Shown in pieces: positions 39,646 to 51,110 of a stretch of 64,000 nt of DNA. This DNA comes from Glaucostegus cemiculus. Its lineage: Eukaryota. Under the pieces are notes generated by a model. The model ran no database searches. It was not told the DNA's origin and saw nothing but the letters and a program-made list of their open reading frames with translations. The stretch covers positions 2,356,001 to 2,420,000 of the forward strand of contig CDPCPM010000012.1 of NCBI GenBank assembly GCA_976551045.1, read 5' to 3'. Both the position numbers and the translations under genes were made by a program. Each line of letters opens with the position of its first letter. Positions within the stretch are counted from its first letter, which is position 1.

Positions 39646-41776
39646 ACATACAATGTAAACAATTCAGAACACTTTTTTTCCCCCTAAATTGTGTTACTTC
39701 AGTATTAACCCCAAAATTAATTGGATTTTCAAAAGGAGATAGTAGATACTGAACATTGTCGAGTGCAATTTGGAGTTTTATTTCTGGAAGATAAAAGTCA
39801 AAACCTCTGACAGTGAGTGATTTAATAAGGACAGACCAAAACTGGGTACAAAATTGCTTTATTTATAACATCAACCTAATCACTCACACCAAGGGAAGTT
39901 ATCTTATCCAGTCCTGCAGTTTGGACTTCTTATGCAGTTTCCTCAGGATACAAGAGAAGTTATGCTCTAACCAACCGTACCACCTGCTAACACCACACCA
40001 TCATCAACTTCAGCATTATTTTCTCATGTCCTGAAGCAGTAAATCTTTCTTCATCGCAATATCACATAACATAACTACAATGGTTCAAAAAGTTCTTGCT
40101 GAGCCAAATGGTAGAATTCTACCAGATGTAGGATGCCTCTAGTCTGTATGTGAATTCCTCATTATAATTGGTAAGCTGAGTTGAGACTTGGTATAAAGAG
40201 AAACCAATGCATTCTTTACAAGAAAGTAACTTCCTGAAAACAAGAATTACAGGTATGCTGCTGCTTCACATGATCAAATTCTAAGACCTTGACTAGAACA
40301 AAAAAAAAATCACCTAACATGGTTACTCAGTGAAAGTCTCACTACTCCTCACAGTCTGCTCAGTCATGCTCTTTGGCATGCCAAGGAGTTCATTAGGCAT
40401 GCCCTTCCTCTCTGCCTATAGAAGCCTAACTGGAATAAGCCAAGACTGCAGGGGATAACACTGATCATCAATTAGTCATCTTGAGCCAAGGCTTTGAGCC
40501 GTCTTTAAGCACATGAAATTGACAACTTCCAGCGTACATTCATTACCATGCAGGATAAATGAGAAACATCACAAGTTGCCTGCACGTAAATCAAAGTCAG
40601 TCCTTCCTGCTCATTAAATTGAGCAGATCCTTGTTTAGTGCTTTGTTTGCCAAAGGCACTCCATCAATTGCTCCTTCACTGAGGGGAATTTTGCCAATCT
40701 ACAGACTTGGATTCCTTGTTCAGCTGGTTTCATTGAAAAGGAAAAAAGTTAAAGCCCAGTGAAAGAGCATCAATGACCTTTCTCAAATGATGCAGACACC
40801 TGTTTACTGATGCCCTAATTAAAAAGCAACCATGTTCAATGGACTGTTGTGTTTTCTGCTTGCAAATGAAGACTCTGTGCCTTTGTTCTGTTTAGGTTCT
40901 GTTTTCGTGTAGGGTAAATTCTACAAAAGCATGCCAGAGCTCACATATACCCAGAAGATAAAGAAAATTACAGACACAGATGTCCTTTCCAATATGCACT
41001 GATTTTAAGCAACACTCTGCCTGCTGCCCTGAACATTTAACAGTATGTAGATAGCAATCACAAAATGAATTCATTATTGTTTTAAATAGGTCCCCATATG
41101 TTCTCAAGACTGACTGTGATTTGCATTCAGTATGTTATAGGCCACTTAGTGCATTTTGAAAGATTCAAATGTGGGTTTTTTTTGCCCATCATGTGAAAAT
41201 ACTTGTATTACATGGGGAAACACCAGTTGTTGTACAACGTACTCTGATACATACCCTGCAAAGTTAGTTCACATATGCAGTGAACACAGTGTGGGCATCC
41301 CACAGGAAATCAGATCTTGCTCCAGCATTGTTCAATGATACTTGTTGATTGGCTGGGGATTTAGTTGAAAATCCTGTTGGGATCACCTTTTGGCTGCAGT
41401 TTATAGCTGCAACCATCAAGTAGATGTTTCCATTTCCTGAAATATAATCTTACCTTTGGCAATGGCCCCGGTGGGCCTCTGGCATAATGTGGAGCTATGG
41501 AAGGGGATCCAAAGGAAAGCCTTCTTTGCAGAGGAAGCTGAAGGAAGACTAAGCTTTGGCCAGGAGGGCCTATTCACCAAGAATCTTCTGGGAATCACAC
41601 ACCAAGTTTCTGACTGAAGAAAAATGCATTCTTAGGCAGCAGAGGCAAAGATCTGTCACATTCAGCTGTAAGAGCACTAGCATGGCAGCCATTTGGCACG
41701 TTAAGGAGCGAATTCAGCTGCTAGTCGAGCAGAGTGCACCAGATGGCTAGCTTCCTTAAGCTGCAGGGAATGCTAG

Positions 41777-42179
41777 TGTCATAATTCTGGCCCTTGATTT
41801 GGTTCCTAAGATGCCTTGTTGTACAACACATGGATTCCATGCTGGACTGATTGCATAATGACACACACCTGAGCCCCATCAGGGGCCTAGCATAAGTACC
41901 TGGGTTTCTCTAGCACTAGTTGCCAGAGGATTGGTCAACCTTGAAGATTCAGTTTGGTTCCTAGCTGCTTAGAGTGGTCTACTCCAGAGCAGTCATTGTG
42001 TTCTCCAGTCCTGCTTGAAGATTCAGTTTGTGTTGGGATTACTACTCAGATCTCTGAGGCAAGATTTCCTTCCAGTGTTGCCTGTGTCTGGTCCTGAGGA
42101 AGTATCCTGACTCCAGTCTTGTACCAGTGTGCTGCATTTGGGTTCTCTGTGATCTTGCTCTTCAATCAACATTGTGACA
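41777..42179 (+). mobile_element. Solo LTR (403 bp), probably Gypsy-type
   Basis: TGTCA...TGACA termini; perfect 5-bp TSD GCTAG at 41772-41776 and 42180-42184; CACACACCTG, a TATA-like CATAAGTA and 3' GCTGCATTTGGGTTC resemble fish Gypsy LTRs; internal 17-bp direct repeat CTTGAAGATTCAGTTTG. Confidence 0.85.
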
Positions 42180-42498
42180 GCTAGACTGCATATGTGTGGT
42201 GCTCAGAGCTCCATATGAGAACATGGAGCCTTGTATCAACATAACCTCTATTTCACTACCAATGGTCCTTCTACTCATGGCCAGTATGATGCATCCAGAA
42301 AGCTCACTTGCCAAATTATGACAGATAAATGAACAGCAACTGGGGTCAAGGATATCCCCTCCATTCAGTTCTCAAAATGGCGTTCTTTTGCCCAGACCAA
42401 TCATGGGCTGCACATCAGAATCTAACAAAAAAGTCTCCTACCTCATCATAGTCTGCCAAATGCTCCACATCCTCACAAAATATGAGGGTATAATCTTT

Positions 42499-42807
42499 GA
42501 CACAAGAAATTCTGCAGATGATGGAATCTGGAGGAATACACAAAAAGTGCTGGAGGAACTCAGCAGGTCAGGCAGCATCCATGGAGGGAAATGAACAGTT
42601 GATGTTTCAGACCGAGACCCCTTATCAGGACTGGAAAGGAAGAGGGCACAAGCCAGAAGAGGTCCCTCCTCCCCCAACCTTCTTATTCTGGCTTATGCCC
42701 TCTTCCTTTCCAGTCCTGATAAGGGGTCTCGGCCTGAAACATCAACTGTTCATTTCCCTCCATGGATGCTGCCTGACCTGCTGAGTTTCTCCAGCACTTT
42801 TTGTGTA
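42499..42807. mobile_element. Head-to-head PLE tail palindrome: 122-bp arms, 27-bp spacer, one hammerhead-like motif per arm
   Basis: 42537-42658 is the reverse complement of 42686-42807 with 3 mismatches; possible degenerate TSD AGGGTATAATCTTT (42485-42498) / AGGACATATTCTTT (42807-42820). Confidence 0.9.
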
Positions 42808-43199
42808 GGACATATTCTTTACCTCCTTAGCTACAGCAGAAATCAAAGCAGGGCCAGCACTTTCTGAGTGTATTGCCAGGATGCATCCAAATTTCCTAAT
42901 ATTTCAGAAAAATGACTCCACTTCTCCATTCGAGGGCTCAGAAAGAGAGAAAGTGTGTGCTCAAGTGCACCAAGAGTTTACAAGCATTGTGACTTGAAAT
43001 GATAAGTAGCAAGTTACCATCTCTTGATAATGAATGATATTACCATTGCTCATTCCCCACCACTTGTCATCCTCAGGACGACCATTGATCAAAAATTAAT
43101 CTTGGACATGCACTTAAGTATTGCGGCTGCATGAGCATATCAGAGGTAGCAACATCTGGATACTCTGGACTCAACTCCTGACCTGGCAAAGACTTTCTG

Positions 43200-43720
43200 G
43201 CAAAGCTTTGCAGCATATAGCGGGCACCCATTCTCTAAGTACTGGAGGTCTCCAGGTAGGTCTGCTCTGGCAACCTGCCTGATGCCTGAGCACACCCACA
43301 GTCAGTTGTATCATTTTGTTTTTAGCAGCAGCATGACTTTGATGGTGTACATATTGTACCATGCACTGGTTGTGCACTTGAGACGCAGATCACAGTATCA
43401 GCTTGATGCCCAGTGAAACACATGTACATTTGTAGTAGTGCAATCCAGTTCTCTGGAGAAAAGCTGACATGACTGCTGTCAGGTTGCTGTAGGACATTAA
43501 GTCACATTCAGTTCTGTAACATCTCAGTGCACATCTTTGCAGTGCTTGTAAAACGACGTTAATAAGAACCTACACCATGGGCACATCAGAGACAGAATCA
43601 GCTGGATGCTCCAGACTCTAGCAAAGCTGTGCAATGCACTGTGAGCCACTGCAAAGATAGTCACCCATGTACTTAGTCTCTCTGTTGCTCTGGTAGGAAA
43701 AAAACAAACTGTAGTCACTG
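43200..43720 (-). mobile_element. Highly decayed PIF/Harbinger transposase fragment
   Basis: HQSHAAAKNKMIQLTVGVLRHQAGCQSR...GDLQY resembles HARBI1-family YNxSHxxTRxxIEQTIGVLKxRFRCLDxSGGALQY. Confidence 0.45.
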
Positions 43721-43824
43721 ATCTCTGAATAGAGAAGGGTCAGTGACTTTCCTCATACAGCAGAGGATGGCAAACTGAGAGACATTGCAAATAGTTCAAC
43801 TCAATCCACAAATATTCACAACTG

Positions 43825-44010
43825 AAAATCAAAAAGACTGTAGATGCTGAAAATCTGAAAAAAAAAACCTCTCAGAAAATGCTGGAAAAATGCAGCAGAT
43901 CAACAGCACCCATGAAAGAGAAAAGGAACTGAGAAAGAGAGAAACAAGTTCTTCTTAGTGGCAGAGAGAATGGAGGAAGGCAATGGTGGAACAAAGAGAA
44001 TTTCTCCAAT
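43825..44010 (-). mobile_element. Decayed PLE tail
   Basis: AAAAGACTGTAGATGCTGAAAATCTGAAA...CAGAAAATGCTGGAAAAATGCAGCAGATCAACAGCACC. Confidence 0.65.
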
Positions 44011-44487
44011 AGCGTGAAATAATGGGACAGTTTTGGCAAGATTAAGCTTCTCTGTCTGTATAATGTATAGATAATGTTGTCTGACTATACTAAACAAAAC
44101 ATAAAAGGATGCAGGCCAATTCTCTCACAAACAAAAAGAACGTTCAGGGTCACAAAGCGGTCATGGCTGCCTTGGCTGTCATTGGCAGTATGGTGTTCAC
44201 CTTATTCAGAGGTTACATTTGTGGCTGGAACAACATTCAGATATCAGTGAGGACACTTTTACTGTCATATCATATGAGAGGAAGAATATACCCCCAAATC
44301 TGGCAGCAACTCATTTGTGCAGTAGCATTGAAATGAAGACACTGCAATATTTGCAAACCTACTCACAGAAAACATTAGCAACTTACAAAAACACTCCAGA
44401 TACTGTAGCACTATACTGTAGAGATGAAATGAAACAAGAACAGTAGAAATCGGACAGTTATTAACCTGCAGCGAGTGAGTGGTCTCT

Positions 44488-44874
44488 TTAAATGGCTCTG
44501 GGGAGTCCCTCCAGCTGCTGGTGCATGTTAAGCCTGCCGATGTGCTTGCATTGGCTCTCATGTTGGATTTGATTCAACACCCGTAGTGTATAGTTCTGCT
44601 TGAGTACAAGGTTGCGGTTCAGCCCATAGTTTGTGGTTTTCTCCAGGCTGGAACCTATCGGGCCCTGCTCTCCTTGCAGGTGTCGCAGCCCCAGGCCTGT
44701 GGCGGTGCTGGGCCAGAACGGCCTCGACTGACCCGAATATTTCGTCGGAACATCACCTGGCCTGAGCCCAACACACGCAGTGGGATCTGGGTGCTCAAAC
44801 TGCACGAACTGTGGGTCTGAGTGTTGTGTAAACACACACACTCCCAGGATGACCAGGATGCTTGTTCCCCTCAT
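44488..44874 (-). CDS. Hypothetical 128-aa protein with Crypton/DUF3504 tyrosine-recombinase-like C-terminus, catalytic residues replaced
   Basis: Uninterrupted ATG-TAA frame with many C/G-ending codons in a CpG-rich patch; colinear motifs HPDPTAC, RPGD, RPFW, LGLRHL, then TNYGLNRNLVLK...NQIQHESQCKHIGRLNMH; weak Kozak context and no expression evidence. Confidence 0.35.
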   Translation of the reverse strand: MRGTSILVILGVCVFTQHSDPQFVQFEHPDPTACVGLRPGDVPTKYSGQSRPFWPSTATGLGLRHLQGEQGPIGSSLEKTTNYGLNRNLVLKQNYTLRVLNQIQHESQCKHIGRLNMHQQLEGLPRAI

Positions 44875-47599
44875 TCAACCCCAAGCAGCCCAGAGCTTTC
44901 TTATTCCCCGCCCAAGTAGCAACTAACATCTTCCAAATCGGCGTTAGACCAGACTTTCTGCACAATCTTTTCTGTTTCTGAATTTATATGAAATCCCTGT
45001 ATGGAAATTGAATATGAATAATCGTAGACATTAGAACTTTTGACAAAATAACAAGGATTTTAACCACAAAAAAAAATGGGTCAGTGTGCAATCAAAGATC
45101 TGGAACCTTCCTCTTCCCAATTCCGATTTGCCCCTGTTGGCTTTAACAGACGCAAGGTTGAGGCAGGTGATCAGTCCACCAATAGGTGAGCATGACTTCT
45201 AATTAATATAATTAAGCTGGATTTAGGAGGTGAATGCTCTTTGAGTGTACTTCCACCAAACTGGAGGAACCTGTTCACCCCTCCACACTTCTGATCTCTC
45301 TCCATCCTTCATGCTCCCTTCCTCCCAAAGGCTCCCTTTTACAACTCCCTCACTGAAATGATTACAAAGTTCCCATATTCTCCATCTCCCCCATTGTATC
45401 TGCAGCTCCCAGAATCCCAGCTCCTTAATCTGTCCCTGGCACCTCAACAACTTCAATCCTTCAACCTTTTGATTTTAATTTTATTCTTCCTCTCCATTAA
45501 TACCTAAATAGCTATACCTCTAATTAAAGCTTAGCTAAGGGTTTCATTGTCTCCCTGTCAATTTTTTTGCTAATTAAATGGAATAAGGAAGAGCCAATTA
45601 CATCATGGAGCAGGTGAAGTAAGCAGATGACAATATTGTGCAGCAGGCTCAAGATTCCAATCCACAAAATGCTACTTGTCCATCTTTCCCACTAGACAGT
45701 TCACTGAGAATATCAGAATGAGAAAATTCCATTTAATCTAGTTTTTTTATTGCTTAAAGTCCTGTTTTACATCTTAAACTGACCCTTTATCACCAAATTC
45801 CAAATACACATTCTTCAGTTGCTTGTTTATTTCACTCAGTTTGGAAAGACAATGTCCATAAGTTTCTGCTTTGGGCACAATTAGGCCAAGTTTTGTTCTT
45901 TTTGCAAAGTTAGTTTTTTGATCAACTCACCCGTACTGCATCAAATGTAAAATATTTACAAATGAGTACATGTGTAGCAGTTTATAATGCAACTTTGTTT
46001 CAAATAGATTCAAAATTTGTTTAAAATAGATACGAAATATTACTTAAGATATTTGTGAACAGTGACTGTCCAATTGTATTAAATTGAGCAAATTAGTACA
46101 AGAATGCCACCATGTTTGGAAAGTTGCTTATGACCCTAACTGTTATGCCTTTGATTCATTCCAGGCTAGAACTACAACACCAACTTTGCTGTTCACTGCC
46201 ATCAATCACCACTTTTGTTTCCTTGCTAACTGAAAAGTATGACACAACCATGCAATGGGACCTCAACAAGACATTAACTTAGTACAATGGTGATTATTAA
46301 GTGCCCAACCTGAGGCTCATATCAAGTACCAGTCCTACATGCCAACACTACATGTGATGCCCTCAATTGCAAGTTGCAATTTAAATTTATATTTTGCTGA
46401 AATATGAGTGTGCCCAAAGAAAGGGAGGTTTCTGAAGGTTTGGCATTAGTGAAACATGCAGCTAATATTTTGTGGAGATGAATCTTGAGCCAGCTCCGGG
46501 ATACAACCTGCTGGATACTTCAGATGCTCCATCATGTGATGGGCTTTTCTTTATTCCATATTAGTACCAATGTCCAAGGAGACAATGAAAGCCTTAAGCC
46601 TATATCATGGACAACAGCTGCAAGTTAAATATTAGAGCTTATTCTGAGCATCATTGGAATCTTATAGAAGCCCATAAACAAAGAGGCCAGTGGATAAGTG
46701 GGGCACAGAATTAAATGGAATGTAACAAGAAACATGTGTCATACTGCTGGCTGAAAATAGATGCTCACCAAAGTGATCACCTAATACTTGATAGAGAAAT
46801 TGAACTTCGTTCTTTTTATTTTGGTGTGCTAAACAAGTGCTGTGTATAGCACTAATATTCAGTTGTGTTCAATAAAAATAAATTAGAAACAGTGCCAGAG
46901 TCAGAGTGATAAAATGGGACCTGTATAGGTCCTGATGTGGACTGCTGGACAAGCACCCAACTGTTGCATCTTTGCTGCCCTGAAAACTGGAAAGGGCAGA
47001 AGACTGTAAAGGATCTCTCCTCACGGCAACCACAGAGCAACTGCATTAGGGGCTGTGACCAGGTTGAAAGAAAACACTGGAAAGAGGGTCACAACAATTT
47101 CTGTTGGTGGACACTGTCCCATGTGATTGCCCACCCTGATCCAGTCCAATCACATGGGATGGTAACATAATGGTAAATATGGTAGAAATCACAAGTCAAT
47201 CTGATATGCAAAGTATAAAAAGGCTGCTATCAGTGATGGGATAACCAGTGATAAAGTTTCAAGTGTACTGAGCATTGAAAACTCAGGCTGGCAATTGCTG
47301 TGTGCAAGGCATCAGTCAGACTAGAGACCCATTAGAAGAATGCTCCTAACTATTAGAAAATATTAAATAGAGACAACATGTTGTACCTAAAAGCTCCAGT
47401 TTATGCCAACAAGGGAGGAAATGTTCATTGTAAGACTTGTGATGTTATGAACTATGTGACTAAAGCCAGAAATTTGTTGGCCATGGTAAGGTGAATTCCC
47501 AGTGGAAGTGCCCAGTTCAATTTTCTGATGAGTACTATTTCTCCCAGAAATGATGCCAATGCAATCTAATCCTGGTTAAATTGCTTTTTTTTATGTTTG

Positions 47600-47740
47600 C
47601 ACATAGAGTCAGAGATGCAAACTGCATGGAAAAAGACCCTTTAACCCAACTCATCCATGCCAACCAAGGTGCCGACCTGAGCTAGTCCCATTTGCCTGCG
47701 TTTGGCCCATCTCCCTCTAAATCTTTTCTATCCACATGAA
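47600..47740 (-). mobile_element. CR1 3' tail
   Basis: CATAGAGTC...CCCAACTCATCCATGCCAACC...CTAGTCCCATTTGCCTGCGTTTGGCCCAT. Confidence 0.8.
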
Positions 47741-48480
47741 AGATGGTTGCAGTTGGTAGGTAGGTTTCCCTGGGACTTTGCTTTTCATATTTGTAGTTGA
47801 GCACAGTGCTTTGCTTAATTAACATTGCTCTGTATAACATGCTGGACCTTATGACTTGCATTTTGATTATTAATTGCACAACTTAGATTTGTTTTCTTCA
47901 GGATTAACATACATTAAGATTTTCCTTCTTCAGGATTAACAAATATGAAGATTTTTCAATGCCAGAATATTTTTGCAAGACATGTACATGTTAATCATGT
48001 TTTGTGGATCACTTCATATTTTACCCCTTTACTCTAAATATTCACAAATTGCTCCAGTTAACTGGAAACACTCTGACATTGCAAAGAAAATTCCACAGTA
48101 GAAGCAATAGGAAATAAAAAACAGATTATTGTCCAGGTAACATAGGTTATTGTGACACATTTAAAAGTGAAAGCTGTAAAAGACCCTGTGATGGATGTGG
48201 ACTGCTACAGAAGGAAGATTTTCACAGAAAGTCATTGGACATCAGTCAGAGAGAAACTGACCCTAGGGACCACATGAAATTGCTGCTGCCAGCTCCTAAT
48301 CATGTGTCAGGCATGCAGCCATCTCAGCCCATGTTGCTTATTAGCTGTATGCCTGTCTGCAGACAAGGAAAATCCAACATGACTAACACCATGTAAAGGC
48401 AGTTGGCAGCCTTTACTGCACTCTAGCAGTAGGTAGCAGGGATATACAGTATGCACAAAGGGATCAAGTTGCTGCAAGAA

Positions 48481-48990
48481 ATGCACAGTGGTATGGTTGA
48501 AGCTTTGGACATCTTGGTCATAGTTGGTGAAGAAGAGCTTGAAGTCCTGTTATCTCTCCCTTTGGAGAAAGAAACTCCCCCAGGCCATAACTCAGCATTC
48601 AATAGGAAGATGTTACTGAGGAGGTCTTTGCCAGCAACCTAATCATTGGACACGGTGATCACATCAGAGCAGTCATGGTTAAGGATTCCACCTCTTAGGT
48701 CAATTAATTAGTTTCTCTTCAGTAGCTACATCACAGACCATAGTTTCTCTCCCCCACCATCCTTCACTCTCCGACAATCGCTGTACCATCCTTCCCTTCA
48801 TCTCACACAATCTGCACCTAATTCACCCACATCATTGCAATTCTCACTTCTCCATACAACAAGCAAACTTCTCTACCACAACAAGCACATTCTCAATGCT
48901 GTCACTAACACTCTCCCTTCTTTCTTGCTGGAGAAGCTCATGCACAATGTGCAACAGGAGTTGGCTGGAGAAGGCCAAGAGAGGGCTTGG
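48481..48990 (+). pseudogene. Harbinger Myb/SANT-like (MSANTD) DNA-binding ORF remnant
   Basis: EALDILV...ELEVLL and EDVTEEVFASNLII, then after a pyrimidine-rich intron-like gap EKLMHNVQQELAGEG, resembling the Harbinger Myb-like LExLV...WEEVAxxV / EKxAHNxRE..TGGG pattern. Confidence 0.5.
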
Positions 48991-50359
48991 AGGGCTTGAG
49001 ATTGCTTCAGAAGAGGCAGTGTGAATAGCTTCTCCTCATCCTCTTTTCCCCTTCTCACTTGTATCTCATCTGCTCACCACATTGGCAAACTAGAGATCTT
49101 CCAACAGGAAGGCCTGCATCTGTTTTCCCTTCACTCTAAGAAACTAACCTTATCCTTTTCCTCTATTTCACTTACTGAAAATGTGGACATCCCTCTGCCC
49201 ATTGAGAAAAATGGGTACAGCCTTCTTGAAGTGCATAGTCTCCCAGTCTGACTGGTACCAACAGCAAGTCAGATTGTCACCACATCTACTTAAGAGCAGG
49301 TTGAAGGAAGGGCTTTCATTTGGTGAATCATTAGCCATAAATGTACAGGAGCCCAAGTGCCACTGCACTCCAGAGGGCATGGTCACATGCTAGTTTTGCT
49401 GTAGGTTTCCCAGGCACTGATCCCAAGAATCCAGACCACCAAGGAAGATTGAAGGCACAGACCAGAAAATGCCAGGTCCACTGATCTACCCAACAGCCTG
49501 TTAGCACCCAAGTATTCAAAAATATAGCCGAAAGGCATCACACAGAGTAAGAAGAATGCGTTGATCATCATGGAGTGAGTGGTTGGCACCACCAGCATGG
49601 TAGATGCTGCTCTTCAATCAATTATCCGCTGACATTGTTGTCACAGAAGCTCAAATAGCTGCTGCCTTAGCAGCAGGGACTGGTCAACAGAGGCTTTCAA
49701 ACATCATTTATGGCTCTACACTGTTCTCACATAGGGCCAATTGGAAAGGAAAGGCATGGCCCCAGTAGATTGTTCAAGCTGCAAGGAAGAGCATCTGAAG
49801 AATGCTCTATTGTGAGGATAACAGGTGTCACTCCCCTTCCATCTACTCCTCCATTGCTCTTGTTGAGCCAGAATTAACCAATTGACACTAAAATTTGCAT
49901 TCTCAAGACCAAAACAATTTGACGTTGTTCACCATAACCTCCTGTAATTACCTGAGGTGGAAGCTGTCCACACCATGTCCTCAGCTGTAGATACTGGAGA
50001 TACACCTTGTTAGAACACCAAGAGAGTAAATGAACACACAAGATATGCATGAAGGGATGAAAATAGTGATCCCAATTTATTCCTATATGATATTAAACAT
50101 GTGCAATTATTTTTTCTTTCTATAATTGTTTGTGAAGTTAATATAGTGATGTGAGAGAAAGACACATAAGACCAAGCTGAAGAGAGGCAGTTGGATCATG
50201 GCAGTAAGGACAATACTAATAAGCATTGCAGGACTGTTGACGATGAGTTTGGGAGGGATGGTTCCTGTCGTGTTCCTGAAAGAGTTATTAACTTAGATAA
50301 AGGCAGTTGGCTACTTCTTTCACTTCTTGCCACTCTGATGGTGGTTCGTTATTACTGTG

Positions 50360-51110
50360 AAGATCTGCAGCATGCATAACACAACCGCAAATCTGGACAT
50401 CAGCCCAGGGCTGTTCTGCAGAGCTCCTTCCAAGTGTACTAGGCAGCTAAGCATTGACTAAGCATGCCAGCTGTCTGCTCAGTTGTATTTCTGACATGGC
50501 ATTGATTGTAGGCCAGCCCTGAAAGGAGCCAGGAGGTCTCAAGAAAATACCCCTTGGCTCCAGTAGCCTGTCAACAACCTAACAGTTTAATGATGAATAA
50601 GTTAAGTTCATTGCCAGAAAATCAAGCAGAGACCTGTTCAATGCATTGGCTGAGAATTCAAATAAGCTGTGTGGTGAATGAGTGGAATCCTCTTTTAAAG
50701 ACAAGGATGGCAGGCTGAGGTTATGGAACATCCACTGAAATATGAATACAATCCATGTTGCCTTGCAGCCTGGGTAAACCTACCAATCTGTGGAACCTGG
50801 TTCTTTAACGGCTGATTTGCTCTGTCACTTCAGGAAGTGTTGCAGCTATTCCTCCTGGTGTAGAGAGTGTCAGTGACCTCCTTAATATAATTTTGGACAG
50901 TTAAACTAGTTGATGATGTCAGCAATGTAGCTTAAAGGAGACCTTTGTATGGAAGTCAATGGCACTGGTAACTTCAACAGCTGTCCATCCCCGGTAAAGT
51001 CTTGTTTTATATGGTACTGTAGTCGGTGATATTATGCCAGTCTTCTTGGTAAAACAAATGTTCTCAAAGAAGGTGAGGTAGAGAACACCCTTCCTAAAAG
51101 TGTCTGCTAC
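50360..51110 (-). pseudogene. PIF/Harbinger (HARBI1-like) DDE transposase remnant
   Basis: Colinear motifs AVEVTSAIDFHTKVSF; YIKEVTDTL; FHRLVGLPRLQGNMDCIHISV; FKRGFHSFTTQLI; QVSA*FSG; KGYFL; YNQCH..RNTTEQTAGML; CL..LEGALQNSP..SRFAVVLCML; multiple stops. Confidence 0.8.

Noticed and set aside
44559-44600. 2A-like ribosomal-skip peptide (ELYTTGVESNPT*) in an alternative minus frame
   Set aside because: Lacks the D of DxExNPGP and the essential terminal GP, ends in a stop, and the frame has no start codon.
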